From: a virus
Taxonomy: Duplodnaviria > Caudoviricetes
Virus record (IMG/VR): IMGVR_UViG_2541047043_000003
Location: 15,427-79,426 of that record
Length of the DNA stretch: 64,000 bases
Direction: 5' to 3' (one strand)
Every line of letters begins with the position of its first letter. Within the stretch, counting starts at the first letter, position 1. Below the pieces are notes generated by a model. The model worked only from the letters and a program-made list of their open reading frames with translations. It was not told where the DNA came from and did no database searches. Position numbers and translations under genes: made by a program. This document shows positions 9,924 through 21,097 of the stretch, in pieces.

Positions 9924-11486
9924 ATGTTAGAGGATGAAAAAATCTCGATTGCGTCTCGTAGTGACATATCGATCCCACCGAAATCGTTTGCACTCGAAAT
10001 CCATCTTCCCGGTTCTTCTAAAAATATCTTTTTTCCGATTGAGTATGTCACTCAAATCAAATCACACAGGTCTTTAAGTGCCGGTCGAGGAGGGATTTCA
10101 CTTTCGATTCCCTTGCAAGAAGAATACGTAATTCAATACGGAGAAACAAAACCGCTTCCGCTTTCTCAAATTGAAAACCCGGAAAGTTTAAAATTCAAGG
10201 ATATATTTCGGGTAAGAAGTCTTGTGTTTTTGTACTACGATAATTCTTCTCCAAGCACGAAAACGATCGGATTTAAAAAACTAAACGCAGGGAAGATAAA
10301 AAGTAGGGCTCTTGAGTATTCACCCGACGGTAAAAGTTTTGTAAGCGTACAAATAACTCCGATGGAGACTTTACTTACGGACACAGACTTTTTTATCGAC
10401 TACCAAAGAGAGGAAGGCGCACCCCAAACAAGAACCGGCGAATCGTATGCGGGCGTGATTACAAGTGCAGCTAAGGTTTTTTTACAAGGACAACTAAAAG
10501 ACCTTCTAAAGAACTTTTGGGACGAGTTTTTTTGTAAGCTTATGAACGTTACAAGATTCGCGGATCATCCAGTATTACGTCCGACCACTTCCCAAGATCC
10601 GAATGCGGCCTTGTCGATACTCTTACCTAAAAAAGCATACACGGAGTTTTTCGTATACGAATCCCAAGTAATTAGCTCTTTTACGATCGGACAGTACGTG
10701 AATTTTTGGGAGATTCTACGTTCCTATTTGTGCGAACCGCTCTATGAACTTTTTGTAGATCCGTTGGAAACTTTTGAGATAGAGGGAATTTTTGGAAAAG
10801 GGATTTCGTTTGGAGAAATCGGATCTCCTCACTTAGAAGAATACGAAGTCGGTAGTAAAGAATCAAAAGTAGTTTTTCGCCCGACTCCCTTTTATATGTT
10901 TTCAGAGGACGGTAAATACAGGGATTTAAAAAACTTCGGAATCGATGCGGTATATACGTTTTTACTAGAGGATTTAAAAAACTTTAGAATCGAAGAAAAC
11001 GAGGAAAACGTGGTATCAGGGGTTCACGTAATTCAAAATACATTCCAGCAATTCGGTACCGTGTTATCAGAACCAAAATACGCGGATAAAATCAGATCCA
11101 TATTTGGACCGAGACTTTTACACGTAAAAATTCCGGGACTCATTTTTAAGGAAGAAAACTTAAAAACTAAAAACAAAGAAAACTACAAGAAAGAACTTTC
11201 CGGGATTCGGGATATGTTATTTCGAATTTTTTGCGATTTGGAAGAATTAAAAATAACGAACGGATCTTTTGATCTTCCCTTTATTCCTCTAAGACCCGGA
11301 ATGCCCTTTCAAATCCTTTTTAATCCTTCCAAAAAGTACCCTATATCCGAAGAAGAAATTTGCAAATTCGGATATATCACGGACGTAGTGGACGAATTTT
11401 CACCCGGTAGCGCAAAGGCAAATACGAACGTTTCGTTTAAATGGGGGCCTTCTTCTTCAAACTACGAAAGTAATTTTAGAAGTTAA
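9924..11486 (+). CDS. Baseplate hub protein (putative)
   Basis: Position next to the spike gene; PLYELFVD, FRPTPF, LRPGMP and YITDV motifs. Confidence 0.55.
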   Translation: MLEDEKISIASRSDISIPPKSFALEIHLPGSSKNIFFPIEYVTQIKSHRSLSAGRGGISLSIPLQEEYVIQYGETKPLPLSQIENPESLKFKDIFRVRSLVFLYYDNSSPSTKTIGFKKLNAGKIKSRALEYSPDGKSFVSVQITPMETLLTDTDFFIDYQREEGAPQTRTGESYAGVITSAAKVFLQGQLKDLLKNFWDEFFCKLMNVTRFADHPVLRPTTSQDPNAALSILLPKKAYTEFFVYESQVISSFTIGQYVNFWEILRSYLCEPLYELFVDPLETFEIEGIFGKGISFGEIGSPHLEEYEVGSKESKVVFRPTPFYMFSEDGKYRDLKNFGIDAVYTFLLEDLKNFRIEENEENVVSGVHVIQNTFQQFGTVLSEPKYADKIRSIFGPRLLHVKIPGLIFKEENLKTKNKENYKKELSGIRDMLFRIFCDLEELKITNGSFDLPFIPLRPGMPFQILFNPSKKYPISEEEICKFGYITDVVDEFSPGSAKANTNVSFKWGPSSSNYESNFRS

Positions 11487-11536
11487 AAAAAATTAAAAAC
11501 CCGATTCTATTAAAAAACGAATAAAATATTAGTTGA

Positions 11537-11926
11537 ATGTCTTCTTTTCTTGGACCCTTTGCGAGCGACGATACGCTTTCCGATTCTAGAAAAAAAGTTT
11601 TAAACGTATCCCAAGTGGAAATCGATTTTTCAAGTCCGCTCGGAACCTACAATTTAGGGGAAAATTTACAGGTCAATTCTACAGTTCTCCAAATACTCGT
11701 AAAAGTCGAGACGGCTTTTGACGATTTTCCGATTCTTACCGTCGGAAGTACTACGTCTCCCGATCTTTGGATGGACGGTTTTAACGTAGATTTGTCGGTT
11801 GCAGGGATCTACGTGGGATTTGGATTTGATTTAATCAAAACGACAACTCAGTGCAGGGTGTATTGGAATCCGAACGGAAGTAGCAAAGGAAGACTGAATG
11901 TTTTTCTAATATTTTCGGATAACTAA
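11537..11926 (+). CDS. Beta-rich virion protein (decoration/fibre-associated)
   Basis: VKVETAFD..LTVG motif; beta-sandwich-like composition. Confidence 0.5.
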   Translation: MSSFLGPFASDDTLSDSRKKVLNVSQVEIDFSSPLGTYNLGENLQVNSTVLQILVKVETAFDDFPILTVGSTTSPDLWMDGFNVDLSVAGIYVGFGFDLIKTTTQCRVYWNPNGSSKGRLNVFLIFSDN

Positions 11927-11948
11927 AAACTAAAAACGTTCCAATTGG

Positions 11949-11985
11949 AAAAAAATCGGTATTCGGACTTACATTCCGAATACCG
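11949..11985 (-). terminator. 11-bp hairpin with U-tract on the minus strand
   Basis: cggtattcgga-cttacat-tccgaataccg preceded by A7 on the plus strand. Confidence 0.5.
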
Positions 11986-12102
11986 GTATAGCTAGTGTTG
12001 GATATTTCTTTAAAAAAAACTTCGCTTGAAATTTAAAAGAAAAAATTATCCCTTTTTTTAAAAGAAAAAGCAGTCATAACGTCTAATTTAACAATATAGA
12101 AT

Positions 12103-12333
12103 ATGGTTCGCAAATTTGAAATCGAGGAGGGTGTGATTTATAACCTTTTTTATATGGGTCTTTCCGTACAGGGTTATTATTTCAGAGGCAACTGGATCTT
12201 ATTCGGATTGTTTGCGGTTTTAATTAAAAAACTTAAAATTCATCCAGACGGTTACTTTTTAATCGCCTACAACTGTAATTATTTCAAAGTCCTTTATCTT
12301 TTTTTAAAAGGGGAATTTATTTCCAAAGAATAA
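12103..12333 (+). CDS. Small hydrophobic hypothetical protein
   Basis: 76-aa ORF with a hydrophobic segment. Confidence 0.4.
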   Translation: MVRKFEIEEGVIYNLFYMGLSVQGYYFRGNWILFGLFAVLIKKLKIHPDGYFLIAYNCNYFKVLYLFLKGEFISKE

Positions 12334-12377
12334 AAAATCCCACCGTCCGATAACTAAGTTTTCTTGATAACAAGGTC

Positions 12378-13292
12378 TTGATGCTTGAGACCGCGTTTTT
12401 ACATCCGTTCCAAATCCTAAAGGCTAGCCCCGAAGAACGAACCGGCGCGATCAAAATACTGGTTAGGGCTTCTTCCGAAAAAGAAGACCTCCAGGGCGAA
12501 GTAATCCTAAAGTCCGCGTACGCAGACCTCGACATGAGAAGTGAATTTCTCACACAAGGATACTTTGATTACAATCATCTAACCGACTTAATCGACAAAG
12601 AAATTCAGGATTTAAGAAGCAAAGGGAAACTTTCCGGGACAGAACTTGTAAATTTACAAAAAGCTAAAGTTGAATCAATCATCGGAGGGGTAGAACGGAT
12701 CGGATTCAAAGACGATTTTCCACAAAATTTAGGAATTAAAAACGACGGATTGTATATCCAAGGACGCCTATTCCCGGAAAACAAATTTGCGGAAGAAATA
12801 AGTAAAGGGCTCCAAGCCGGTTTTATGGGATGGGGTGCGTCCGTTTCGGGATACGCAAGGCCCCAAGACTACCAAGGAAAAACGATTCGAAAAATACAAC
12901 TTCGTAAATGCGCCATAGCTCCCCTTCAAGAAGTCTACAACCCCGACACTGCCGTACAATTAATTAAGGGTGCAGTTCTACTTCGCGATATTGAAAAAAG
13001 TTCGTTACCCGTTCCGAGTGAGGACTTACAAAACCCGGAAAGTTTAGACCGACTGTTTCGAATCGAAAGAAAACTCGATTTTTTATCGAAACTTTTTTTA
13101 TCAGATCCGAACACACAAGACAAGTTTTTAGACTTAATCTTTTCCGATATTGCAAACCGGACTAAAACTCAAGAATTAAAACTCGGGTCTTCTTGGATTC
13201 GTTCCGTTCTTTCGGACGAATTCTATCTAGAAGGGGAAGACTTAGAGAATTTTACCGATCTTTTATTTTTAAAACTAAACGGAGAATCGTAA
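12378..13292 (+). CDS. Prohead protease
   Basis: ASSEKEDLQGE, GYFDYNH, GLYIQGRL, GASVSG and CAIAP..YNPDT motifs; upstream of scaffold and capsid genes. Confidence 0.8.
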   Translation: MMLETAFLHPFQILKASPEERTGAIKILVRASSEKEDLQGEVILKSAYADLDMRSEFLTQGYFDYNHLTDLIDKEIQDLRSKGKLSGTELVNLQKAKVESIIGGVERIGFKDDFPQNLGIKNDGLYIQGRLFPENKFAEEISKGLQAGFMGWGASVSGYARPQDYQGKTIRKIQLRKCAIAPLQEVYNPDTAVQLIKGAVLLRDIEKSSLPVPSEDLQNPESLDRLFRIERKLDFLSKLFLSDPNTQDKFLDLIFSDIANRTKTQELKLGSSWIRSVLSDEFYLEGEDLENFTDLLFLKLNGES

Positions 13293-14053
13293 TGTTAAAA
13301 GACGCGATTTCGCGATTAAAAGAAAGACTAACGACTAACGTAACAAAATCCTCGATCAATGAATCGGATTTACAGACGTTAGCCTCGACTGTGACGACCC
13401 TACTCGATTCTGGAAAAGTGGAACCCAAAACTGATAAAATAAAAGAGTGGGCCGTTTCGAAAGGCTTGGAAGAAGCCGAAGCCATTTCTTTTGCAGAGGA
13501 GGTAATTGATGCGTATTTTGACGATACGACTGATGAAACCGTTTCTAAATCGGAACTGGGGGATTCTTTAAATGGCGAAGAGGAAGAAGAATCTGAGGAA
13601 AAAAAGAAAAAGGAAGAAAAAGACAAAAAAAAGAAAAAAGAGGAAGAGGAGAAAAAAGAAATCGAAAAATCAAAATTTATTTCAGAGATTCAAAATACAT
13701 TAGAAATACTTAAATCAGGACAGGAAACACTGGCCGCTGCAATCGAACATCTGCTTGATAACGCACGAGATAACCAGAAACTAAAGTCGGAACTTCTAAC
13801 CTTAAAATCAGAAATCGGAAGTGTGTCTTGTCGACCCGCAAATACAAAAACACCCGTAACCACTCAAATACAAAAATCAAATCTAAACGGTCAGGTGGAC
13901 GCTCGCGAAAGGGACAATGTAGCGAATAAAATCATTAAAGGAATCGAACTCGGTAAGTGTCAGTTAGAGGACGTTTCCTATTTTCAATCCACTTGGAAGC
14001 TTTCCGAGAGAGCCCAAAAATTCTTTAACGAATATAAGGAGGTTTTAAAATGA
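13292..14053 (+). CDS. Capsid scaffolding protein
   Basis: E/K-rich coiled coil between protease and capsid genes; TAATG coupling at 13290-13294. Confidence 0.7.
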   Translation: MLKDAISRLKERLTTNVTKSSINESDLQTLASTVTTLLDSGKVEPKTDKIKEWAVSKGLEEAEAISFAEEVIDAYFDDTTDETVSKSELGDSLNGEEEEESEEKKKKEEKDKKKKKEEEEKKEIEKSKFISEIQNTLEILKSGQETLAAAIEHLLDNARDNQKLKSELLTLKSEIGSVSCRPANTKTPVTTQIQKSNLNGQVDARERDNVANKIIKGIELGKCQLEDVSYFQSTWKLSERAQKFFNEYKEVLK

Positions 14054-15501
14054 TCGGTCCTTATTCCCTAGACCAATTAATCGAAATTAAAAAAGGGTTC
14101 GAAGCAAACACGGCTCAAAACGGCGCGGCTCCGTTTGTGGATTTTAATTCTTCGGGTGCAACGCTTTCCATGCAACTACTTGACAAAGTGGAAGTCGCTT
14201 TGGTGTCCACGGACAAGGACTTTAAGTTTTTAAAAGAAGTACCGAGAAGAGCCATCACTCAGACGCTTGCAGAATACAACCGCTACAAATCACACGGTGG
14301 CGGGTGGTACCATACGTCCAATATTGGACAATCCGAAGAGCCTAGTTTTCGAGACGCACAACTAGAACGTCTGTATAACGAAGTCAATTACAGCGCGGAA
14401 GGATTCTCTTTTAATAAAGTAGTCGATACGGTAACAAATGCCCAGGACCCGGAACTGATTCAATCCAACGCCGCACTCAGGCGCGCAATGGAGAATCAGA
14501 TGAGACGTATTTGGTTTGGAAATAAAAAACACAACCGAAACGAACAGGACGGTTTTGAAACGGTCGCCAAAAAACTAGGAAAAGAATTTTTTACGGATTG
14601 TAGGGGTGCGTTACCCGCAATCGATCAAATGAAATATGTGACTTCCAAAGTCAGGACCAAATATTTCGGTCTCGTAAACTACGTAAAAATGCACCCGTCC
14701 ACAAAAGCACTCTACGACCAAAATTTTGATCGTAACGGTTCCGGGATGGTCTTGCAAAATAACAGTTATTCTCCTTCAAACACTTCTCTTTCCAATATCG
14801 TCTATGGCGTTGCGGACTCGAACGCTAAAGACAATATGATTATTTTTGACGACGATATCTGGCTCGACCGTCATAGTTGGGGAGTACCTCAAAGGCTCGA
14901 TCACAACGGAAATATGGTCGAAGGCGCGACAAGCGACAAGGAATCTCCTTCTACACCAAGCCTTTCAGTATCCGTAATTCCTTCCGTTCCGAATTCGTTA
15001 TTTACGGGTTCGTATGTCGGAGACTACAACTACAGAGTTTGCGCGGGGACTCTAAGACACTTTTCGGCCGCTTGTCCGGAGGTAAACGTTTCGATTCCGA
15101 ATGGAGGTGCCTCGGAACTTACGATTACACCGGGAGTCGGTGGAATACCGGAAACAAGATACGTGATACTTCGGGATACGACCCCGGATTCAAATCTACT
15201 TCTGTATATGCGGACAGTTGAAAGAAACTTAGTCGGTGCTACGACGATTATTCAGGATCTTAACGAGGATTTACCCGGTACTACAATTATGGTTCAGGGA
15301 GATTTTAACTCAAAGTCGTCAAGCGACGAAACAAGAACTTTGGTGTTGTCCGAGCTTCTTCCGTATACCAAAACCTTATTTCCCTACGGTGCGGGAGGTG
15401 TATTAAGGACGCGAGTCGGAATCGTCGAAAACTACAGCGCACTTCAAGAGTTAGCACCCGAGAAGTTCCACGTATTCACGAACGTTCCCGTAAGACTTTA
15501 G
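14050..15501 (+). CDS. Major capsid protein, SPO1/Twort (Herelleviridae)-like
   Basis: GATLSMQLLD..VALV..DFKFLKEVPRR..QTLAEYNRY.SHG resembles the N-terminus of that capsid family; WFGN..EQDG motif. Confidence 0.8.
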   Translation: MIGPYSLDQLIEIKKGFEANTAQNGAAPFVDFNSSGATLSMQLLDKVEVALVSTDKDFKFLKEVPRRAITQTLAEYNRYKSHGGGWYHTSNIGQSEEPSFRDAQLERLYNEVNYSAEGFSFNKVVDTVTNAQDPELIQSNAALRRAMENQMRRIWFGNKKHNRNEQDGFETVAKKLGKEFFTDCRGALPAIDQMKYVTSKVRTKYFGLVNYVKMHPSTKALYDQNFDRNGSGMVLQNNSYSPSNTSLSNIVYGVADSNAKDNMIIFDDDIWLDRHSWGVPQRLDHNGNMVEGATSDKESPSTPSLSVSVIPSVPNSLFTGSYVGDYNYRVCAGTLRHFSAACPEVNVSIPNGGASELTITPGVGGIPETRYVILRDTTPDSNLLLYMRTVERNLVGATTIIQDLNEDLPGTTIMVQGDFNSKSSSDETRTLVLSELLPYTKTLFPYGAGGVLRTRVGIVENYSALQELAPEKFHVFTNVPVRL

Positions 15502-15534
15502 AATTATCTAATACGTTTATTCTCCTTACTTTAG

Positions 15535-15558
15535 AGGGTGAGTAATCACCCTTTTTTT
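15535..15558 (+). terminator. Intrinsic terminator after the capsid gene
   Basis: agggtga-gtaa-tcaccct followed by a T-tract. Confidence 0.75.
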
Positions 15559-15560
15559 AA

Positions 15561-16304
15561 ATGGCAAATTTCGAATCGTTATACGCAAAAGGAAAGTTTC
15601 CAAGAACAAGATTTCTTTTGGAAAAAATCGCGGTTTCTGCAAAAGACTCCTGGACTCACAACACACTGAGTGCAAAACCCGCTTGGTGGGGAAAAATGGC
15701 GATGTCCAACCGTACAGGCGGGGGAGGTGGGATTTTAATTAAAAAAATTCCGGGAGGATATCAAGTCTTTCATCCGAATAAGGGAAAATACAATTATATG
15801 GCGGTGATTGAAAGGGGTAGAAGACGTTACGATATGCGTCCGGCTTTACTCGGAGGAAGTCGCGCACGTATGGGTGAAAACGGTCCTTATGTAATCGTCC
15901 CGGTCACTAAAAACGAAAATAAAACTCCCGTTTCTCCAAAAAACAATTCGATCAATTCCGTTATTATAAAGACCGGTTCTTTTAAGGAAGAAAACGCGCA
16001 CGGTAAACTTGTAACCAGGAATAGATACAAATACAGACAAGACCCCGGAATGACCGGTCGCGGAAACGTATTTGCAAGCGAACAGGTTTACAAAAACGGG
16101 CATGTGCAGAGATCTTTTGTAAAATTTGTGGTAGTAACCGAAAGAAGTACGGATTTTTTTCAATCCGTGATACCGGCGCAAAGGGTTTTAGGTCGAGTAA
16201 AAGAAGACGTTAATCGCGCTCTAAAATCAAAACAATTAAAATCGGCCGTAGCCTTGGATACGAAGGATTTAATAAGTGAGCTATTAAGTAAGAAAAGAAA
16301 ATGA
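15561..16304 (+). CDS. Phage neck/tail completion protein (putative)
   Basis: IERG...YDMRPALL...GPYVIVP motif; position after the capsid gene. Confidence 0.55.
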   Translation: MANFESLYAKGKFPRTRFLLEKIAVSAKDSWTHNTLSAKPAWWGKMAMSNRTGGGGGILIKKIPGGYQVFHPNKGKYNYMAVIERGRRRYDMRPALLGGSRARMGENGPYVIVPVTKNENKTPVSPKNNSINSVIIKTGSFKEENAHGKLVTRNRYKYRQDPGMTGRGNVFASEQVYKNGHVQRSFVKFVVVTERSTDFFQSVIPAQRVLGRVKEDVNRALKSKQLKSAVALDTKDLISELLSKKRK

Positions 16305-16376
16305 AATTTTACTTTCGAAAACGATTTGAAATATTGATATACAAAAAAATAAGACTTTCCTTAATCTAAACGGTAA

Positions 16377-17327
<951 letters not shown>

Positions 17328-17336
17328 GGGAACTTT

Positions 17337-17513
17337 ATGACTACCGCAGAGAGACTGAGAGAAGAAGGCAAGATTGAGGGAGAACTCAAAGGTAAAATCG
17401 AAGGCAAAATCGAAGACGCTCGCAATATGCTTTCGGAGAGAATCGACCTAAACGTCGTTCTTCGAGTCACGGGCCTTACTGAAAAAGAACTTAAAGATCA
17501 CGGAGTCATTTAG
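17337..17513 (+). CDS. Stand-alone RpnS-like mini-ORF (58 aa)
   Basis: [30 protein letters not shown]...KELKDHGVI; AAGGGA SD upstream. Confidence 0.7.
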   Translation: MTTAERLREEGKIEGELKGKIEGKIEDARNMLSERIDLNVVLRVTGLTEKELKDHGVI

Positions 17514-17602
17514 GGAACGATCGGCCCTAAATAAAATCCTTCCTATCCCGCAAAAAATAACACCCTTTCCGATTCTTTTTTTTCCTTATTCTTTTCTCTT
17601 AA

Positions 17603-18400
17603 ATGGACGCAAATTTAAGAGAAGATGACATTCGCAAACAAGACGGACGGGACAAAGGTCTTGTATTAATCACGTATCCCGCTCCACCCGAAGACGTGGT
17701 AGTCGATTATTTTAGAATCAACATTCCCCTGACAGGACTTGAATACAGAAATATAAACGTACCGATAGAGCACGGACACCCTTTGTATCAAGAAGGAATA
17801 TCCACAAAAGGTCCGAATACTAAATTTCCGAAAATCGGAATCGAATGCGCGACTGAAAAACACACTCAGTTTTTAGGATTAAACGAATTACATTTTGAAA
17901 ATTCAGAAAAGTTTTTGGAGTATTTAAAAAAAATCTCAGAACTCCCCGAAAGCAGACGAATCGCTTCCAAATCTTTTTTAGACGAGTTTTCTAACAAAAA
18001 ATACTTCCAACAGTTTCAATTCACTTGCGAGTCGGACGTAATTATCACCGGGTTTGTAACCGGTGCAGCCGGAAGAAACACAAACAAGTTTCTCTATGAC
18101 TCCGCACTCGCTACAACTCTCCTACTCGCAAACGATTTACCCGTAATGTATCCGGGACTGACCGTATTTCTACCCGAAGACACGGAACCAAATCTAACAA
18201 CGACCGATTTTTCAGAACCGTTCTGGGGATTTGAAATAAAATTAAAAATCGTACAAACAAAATCGATTTTTAGAACCAAACCCGCATTTCTTTTTCCCGA
18301 TATTAAAACCTTTGACGTATCTTTAACGCGAAGCCGCACCCGATTCGAAGGTCGATTCGCTTTAAAGGACAAACAAGGTGGAACCGGAATTAAATCTTAA
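17603..18400 (+). CDS. Tail terminator/completion protein (putative)
   Basis: FPKIGI motif; position before the sheath gene. Confidence 0.5.
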   Translation: MDANLREDDIRKQDGRDKGLVLITYPAPPEDVVVDYFRINIPLTGLEYRNINVPIEHGHPLYQEGISTKGPNTKFPKIGIECATEKHTQFLGLNELHFENSEKFLEYLKKISELPESRRIASKSFLDEFSNKKYFQQFQFTCESDVIITGFVTGAAGRNTNKFLYDSALATTLLLANDLPVMYPGLTVFLPEDTEPNLTTTDFSEPFWGFEIKLKIVQTKSIFRTKPAFLFPDIKTFDVSLTRSRTRFEGRFALKDKQGGTGIKS

Positions 18401-18590
18401 AGGAAAAGAAAAAAATTCATCTTCAAACAAGAACCAGACTCCCGAAGAGTTTCTACTAAAAAAAGAAACTCAACTAGGTAAAACGATAACCCCGCGCTTT
18501 CGGGAATATTTTTACCGGGAACTAAAAAGAGTCTCAAACCGAACTTTCGAAGACGTTTGGGAGGCCGTAAATGGGAACACGCGAGCCTGA
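18378..18590 (+). CDS. Small phage protein preceding the sheath gene
   Basis: 70 aa; overlaps both neighbouring genes. Confidence 0.6.
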   Translation: MEPELNLKGKEKNSSSNKNQTPEEFLLKKETQLGKTITPRFREYFYRELKRVSNRTFEDVWEAVNGNTRA

Positions 18591-20382
18591 GTTTTTAGGA
18601 CGCGGATATATTCAACCCGGAGCGCGCGGTGCGTTTAGAACCAAACCCCAAAGTGCCGGAATCTCCCCCGACTTAAGCACCCTCATTTTAATCGGACCTT
18701 CCGACAACGGATACGACACAAACGACCAAACATTACACGTAACAAAACGAGTATTGGAACTGGGAAGCTCCGACGAAGCGAGGTCGGTTCTTTACTCGGG
18801 CGACTTAGCCGATGCGGTAATAAACGCATTTTCGCCTTCCAAAGATTCACGATTTGCAAACGGGCCTCAAACCATCAAAGCGTTAAATATATCTCCGAAC
18901 GTTTCCGCAAGCGCACAAGCACCCACAAACGTATCAGGAATATTGAATACGATTAAAGCCACCGTACCGGGACCGAAAGGAAATCAGATTCGTTTTAGAA
19001 TCACAAACAACGGAAGTATCATCCAAGTGGGGGATAGCGATCAAATCGTAACCTCTCAAACGATCGAAGCAAACGAAATCAGGATACAATACTCAGGAAA
19101 CGCGGGAGCTGCAAACCTAACGTTTAACGGAATAGAATTACGAGTCACGTTATCAGGAACCCCTGCAACGGACACGAGTCGAGATTTGGTCGCCTTGGTA
19201 AAAGACTACGAAACTCTATCGGAACTGGTTGCGTATATTTCCAGTCAAAACGGATATAGCGCGGTTTTGTTGTCGCAACCCGATCGTAAAACTTACCACC
19301 TAGATTACATATCCGCAACAGACGCGGTGGATATAAAAACTCAAAACTTCACCCTAAAATCTCTTCTCCACCAGCAAGAAACTTTTTTTCTCTCAAACGG
19401 ACTCGCTGAAATTGTCGCAACTTTGGAGAGAAAACCCCTTTCGGATATGGCTAGTTTTACGTATCTCACGGGCGGAAGAACGGGAGTCGTAACGACGAAA
19501 GCGTATTTAGATGCGATTGATACCGTATTTGAAACCGAGATTGCAAAAGGATTTTACGTCAACGTCTGCACTTCCATCGAACCGGTAAGACTTTATTTAG
19601 CCGACAAACTCTCAATCGGGAATTCAGCCGAAGGCTCGGATGAAAGATTCGGTGGAGCTGGACTTGATTTAGACAAGTCAATCGATGCGAGGATTGACGA
19701 TATAAAGACGACGAATTCGGAATATATGGTACTCGGACTTTCTCCTGTTACGAGATACAAAGCAGACAGAGTCAATTTAAAAACATATCCGGGTTGGATG
19801 TTATCGGTACTGCACAACGCAATCAAGGCGGCGGCAAACGTAAGAGAGACGGTAACATACAAGGATTTGAATATAGTAGACGCGCCCGAAATTCTTTCCA
19901 AAACACAAATTAAAAAAGTATTAAGAGCGGGCGGACTTGTAGTCACAAGAAAACCGAATAGCGGACCGTTTAAAATCGAACTCGCGCTTACCAGTTATCA
20001 GGCCCAAAACCTAATCAAAAACCAGGCATCAACGGTTTGTACAGCGTTAGCTTTGGTAAAAGATTTTAGGGAATGGTTAAATGTTACCTTTACGGGAGAG
20101 GTACCGACAGATCCAAACGCACTCGGAACCAATTTAACGGACGCGGACATTCGAACCGCTGTAACACAACGATTTCGTAATGTATATATTCGCCAATACG
20201 GCTGGCTGACTCGAAACATCTACACCGGCGAAGACGCATTTGACGAAAACTTCGAAATACGACGCGACGGAGACGTAGCGTATTTCGTATTCCCCGACGG
20301 TAAAATCGTAACTCCGATCAATTACATGTTCTTTCTCTTAAACTTAGACGTCGTTCGCGGTGCTGCAACGGGAGGAAATTAA
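18571..20382 (+). CDS. Tail sheath protein
   Basis: 603 aa; YIQPGA, GDLADA, PGPKGNQI, YLTGG and TPINY motifs. Confidence 0.9.
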   Translation: MGTREPEFLGRGYIQPGARGAFRTKPQSAGISPDLSTLILIGPSDNGYDTNDQTLHVTKRVLELGSSDEARSVLYSGDLADAVINAFSPSKDSRFANGPQTIKALNISPNVSASAQAPTNVSGILNTIKATVPGPKGNQIRFRITNNGSIIQVGDSDQIVTSQTIEANEIRIQYSGNAGAANLTFNGIELRVTLSGTPATDTSRDLVALVKDYETLSELVAYISSQNGYSAVLLSQPDRKTYHLDYISATDAVDIKTQNFTLKSLLHQQETFFLSNGLAEIVATLERKPLSDMASFTYLTGGRTGVVTTKAYLDAIDTVFETEIAKGFYVNVCTSIEPVRLYLADKLSIGNSAEGSDERFGGAGLDLDKSIDARIDDIKTTNSEYMVLGLSPVTRYKADRVNLKTYPGWMLSVLHNAIKAAANVRETVTYKDLNIVDAPEILSKTQIKKVLRAGGLVVTRKPNSGPFKIELALTSYQAQNLIKNQASTVCTALALVKDFREWLNVTFTGEVPTDPNALGTNLTDADIRTAVTQRFRNVYIRQYGWLTRNIYTGEDAFDENFEIRRDGDVAYFVFPDGKIVTPINYMFFLLNLDVVRGAATGGN

Positions 20383-20384
20383 AC

Positions 20385-20816
20385 ATGGCAAAAAGTTCAA
20401 AACCGAATCCAAGAGTACTCACCGGAAACGACGCAATCGTTAAAATCAACGGACAATCCGTCGGGTTTATGAAATCTTTGCGAGTAAATATAAACAACAA
20501 TCAAGGAAGAATTCAAGCGATCGGAAAAAGAAAACCGAAAGGACTTAAATCCCTCGACTGGCAAGGAACGGCGTCGGGAGAGTTCCATATATTGACAGTA
20601 CCAACCGATGGGGTCGTAGTAATCGATACGTATGACGATGACAACGCGGACGACTTGTACGATATTTTAGTTTTAGACAAAAAAAGCGGGAAACGAGTGG
20701 GACTCTTAACGGGGGGAGTGAACACAGAAGGGTTTAGTATTCAAAATAACGAAATGAGTGGAAGGGAAATTGAATTCGAACTCGTGGATTGGGAACCGAT
20801 GGAGGCATTTAACTAA
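20385..20816 (+). CDS. Tail tube protein
   Basis: 143 aa directly after the sheath gene; LTGNDAIVKING..VG motif. Confidence 0.85.
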   Translation: MAKSSKPNPRVLTGNDAIVKINGQSVGFMKSLRVNINNNQGRIQAIGKRKPKGLKSLDWQGTASGEFHILTVPTDGVVVIDTYDDDNADDLYDILVLDKKSGKRVGLLTGGVNTEGFSIQNNEMSGREIEFELVDWEPMEAFN

Positions 20817-21097
20817 AACGTAATACGTCTATTTTTTTAATGAATTTTATCGATATATATTTGGCTGTTATATAAAGCAAGGGCTACCCCTTTCGAAGTA
20901 GCCCCGCACCCTACACGTTACCATAGGGGGATATACTTTAAAAGCGTCGTCGTAGAAAGGAAATTTGTAAAGTAAAAATTGTATCGATACAATCATGCTA
21001 AAAAAATGAAACGGTTCGGCCCCAAATATAGAATAACGACCCTAACTATATACACTTCACATTCTCCGATAACAACATTTCAATTAAAATCTCGAAT

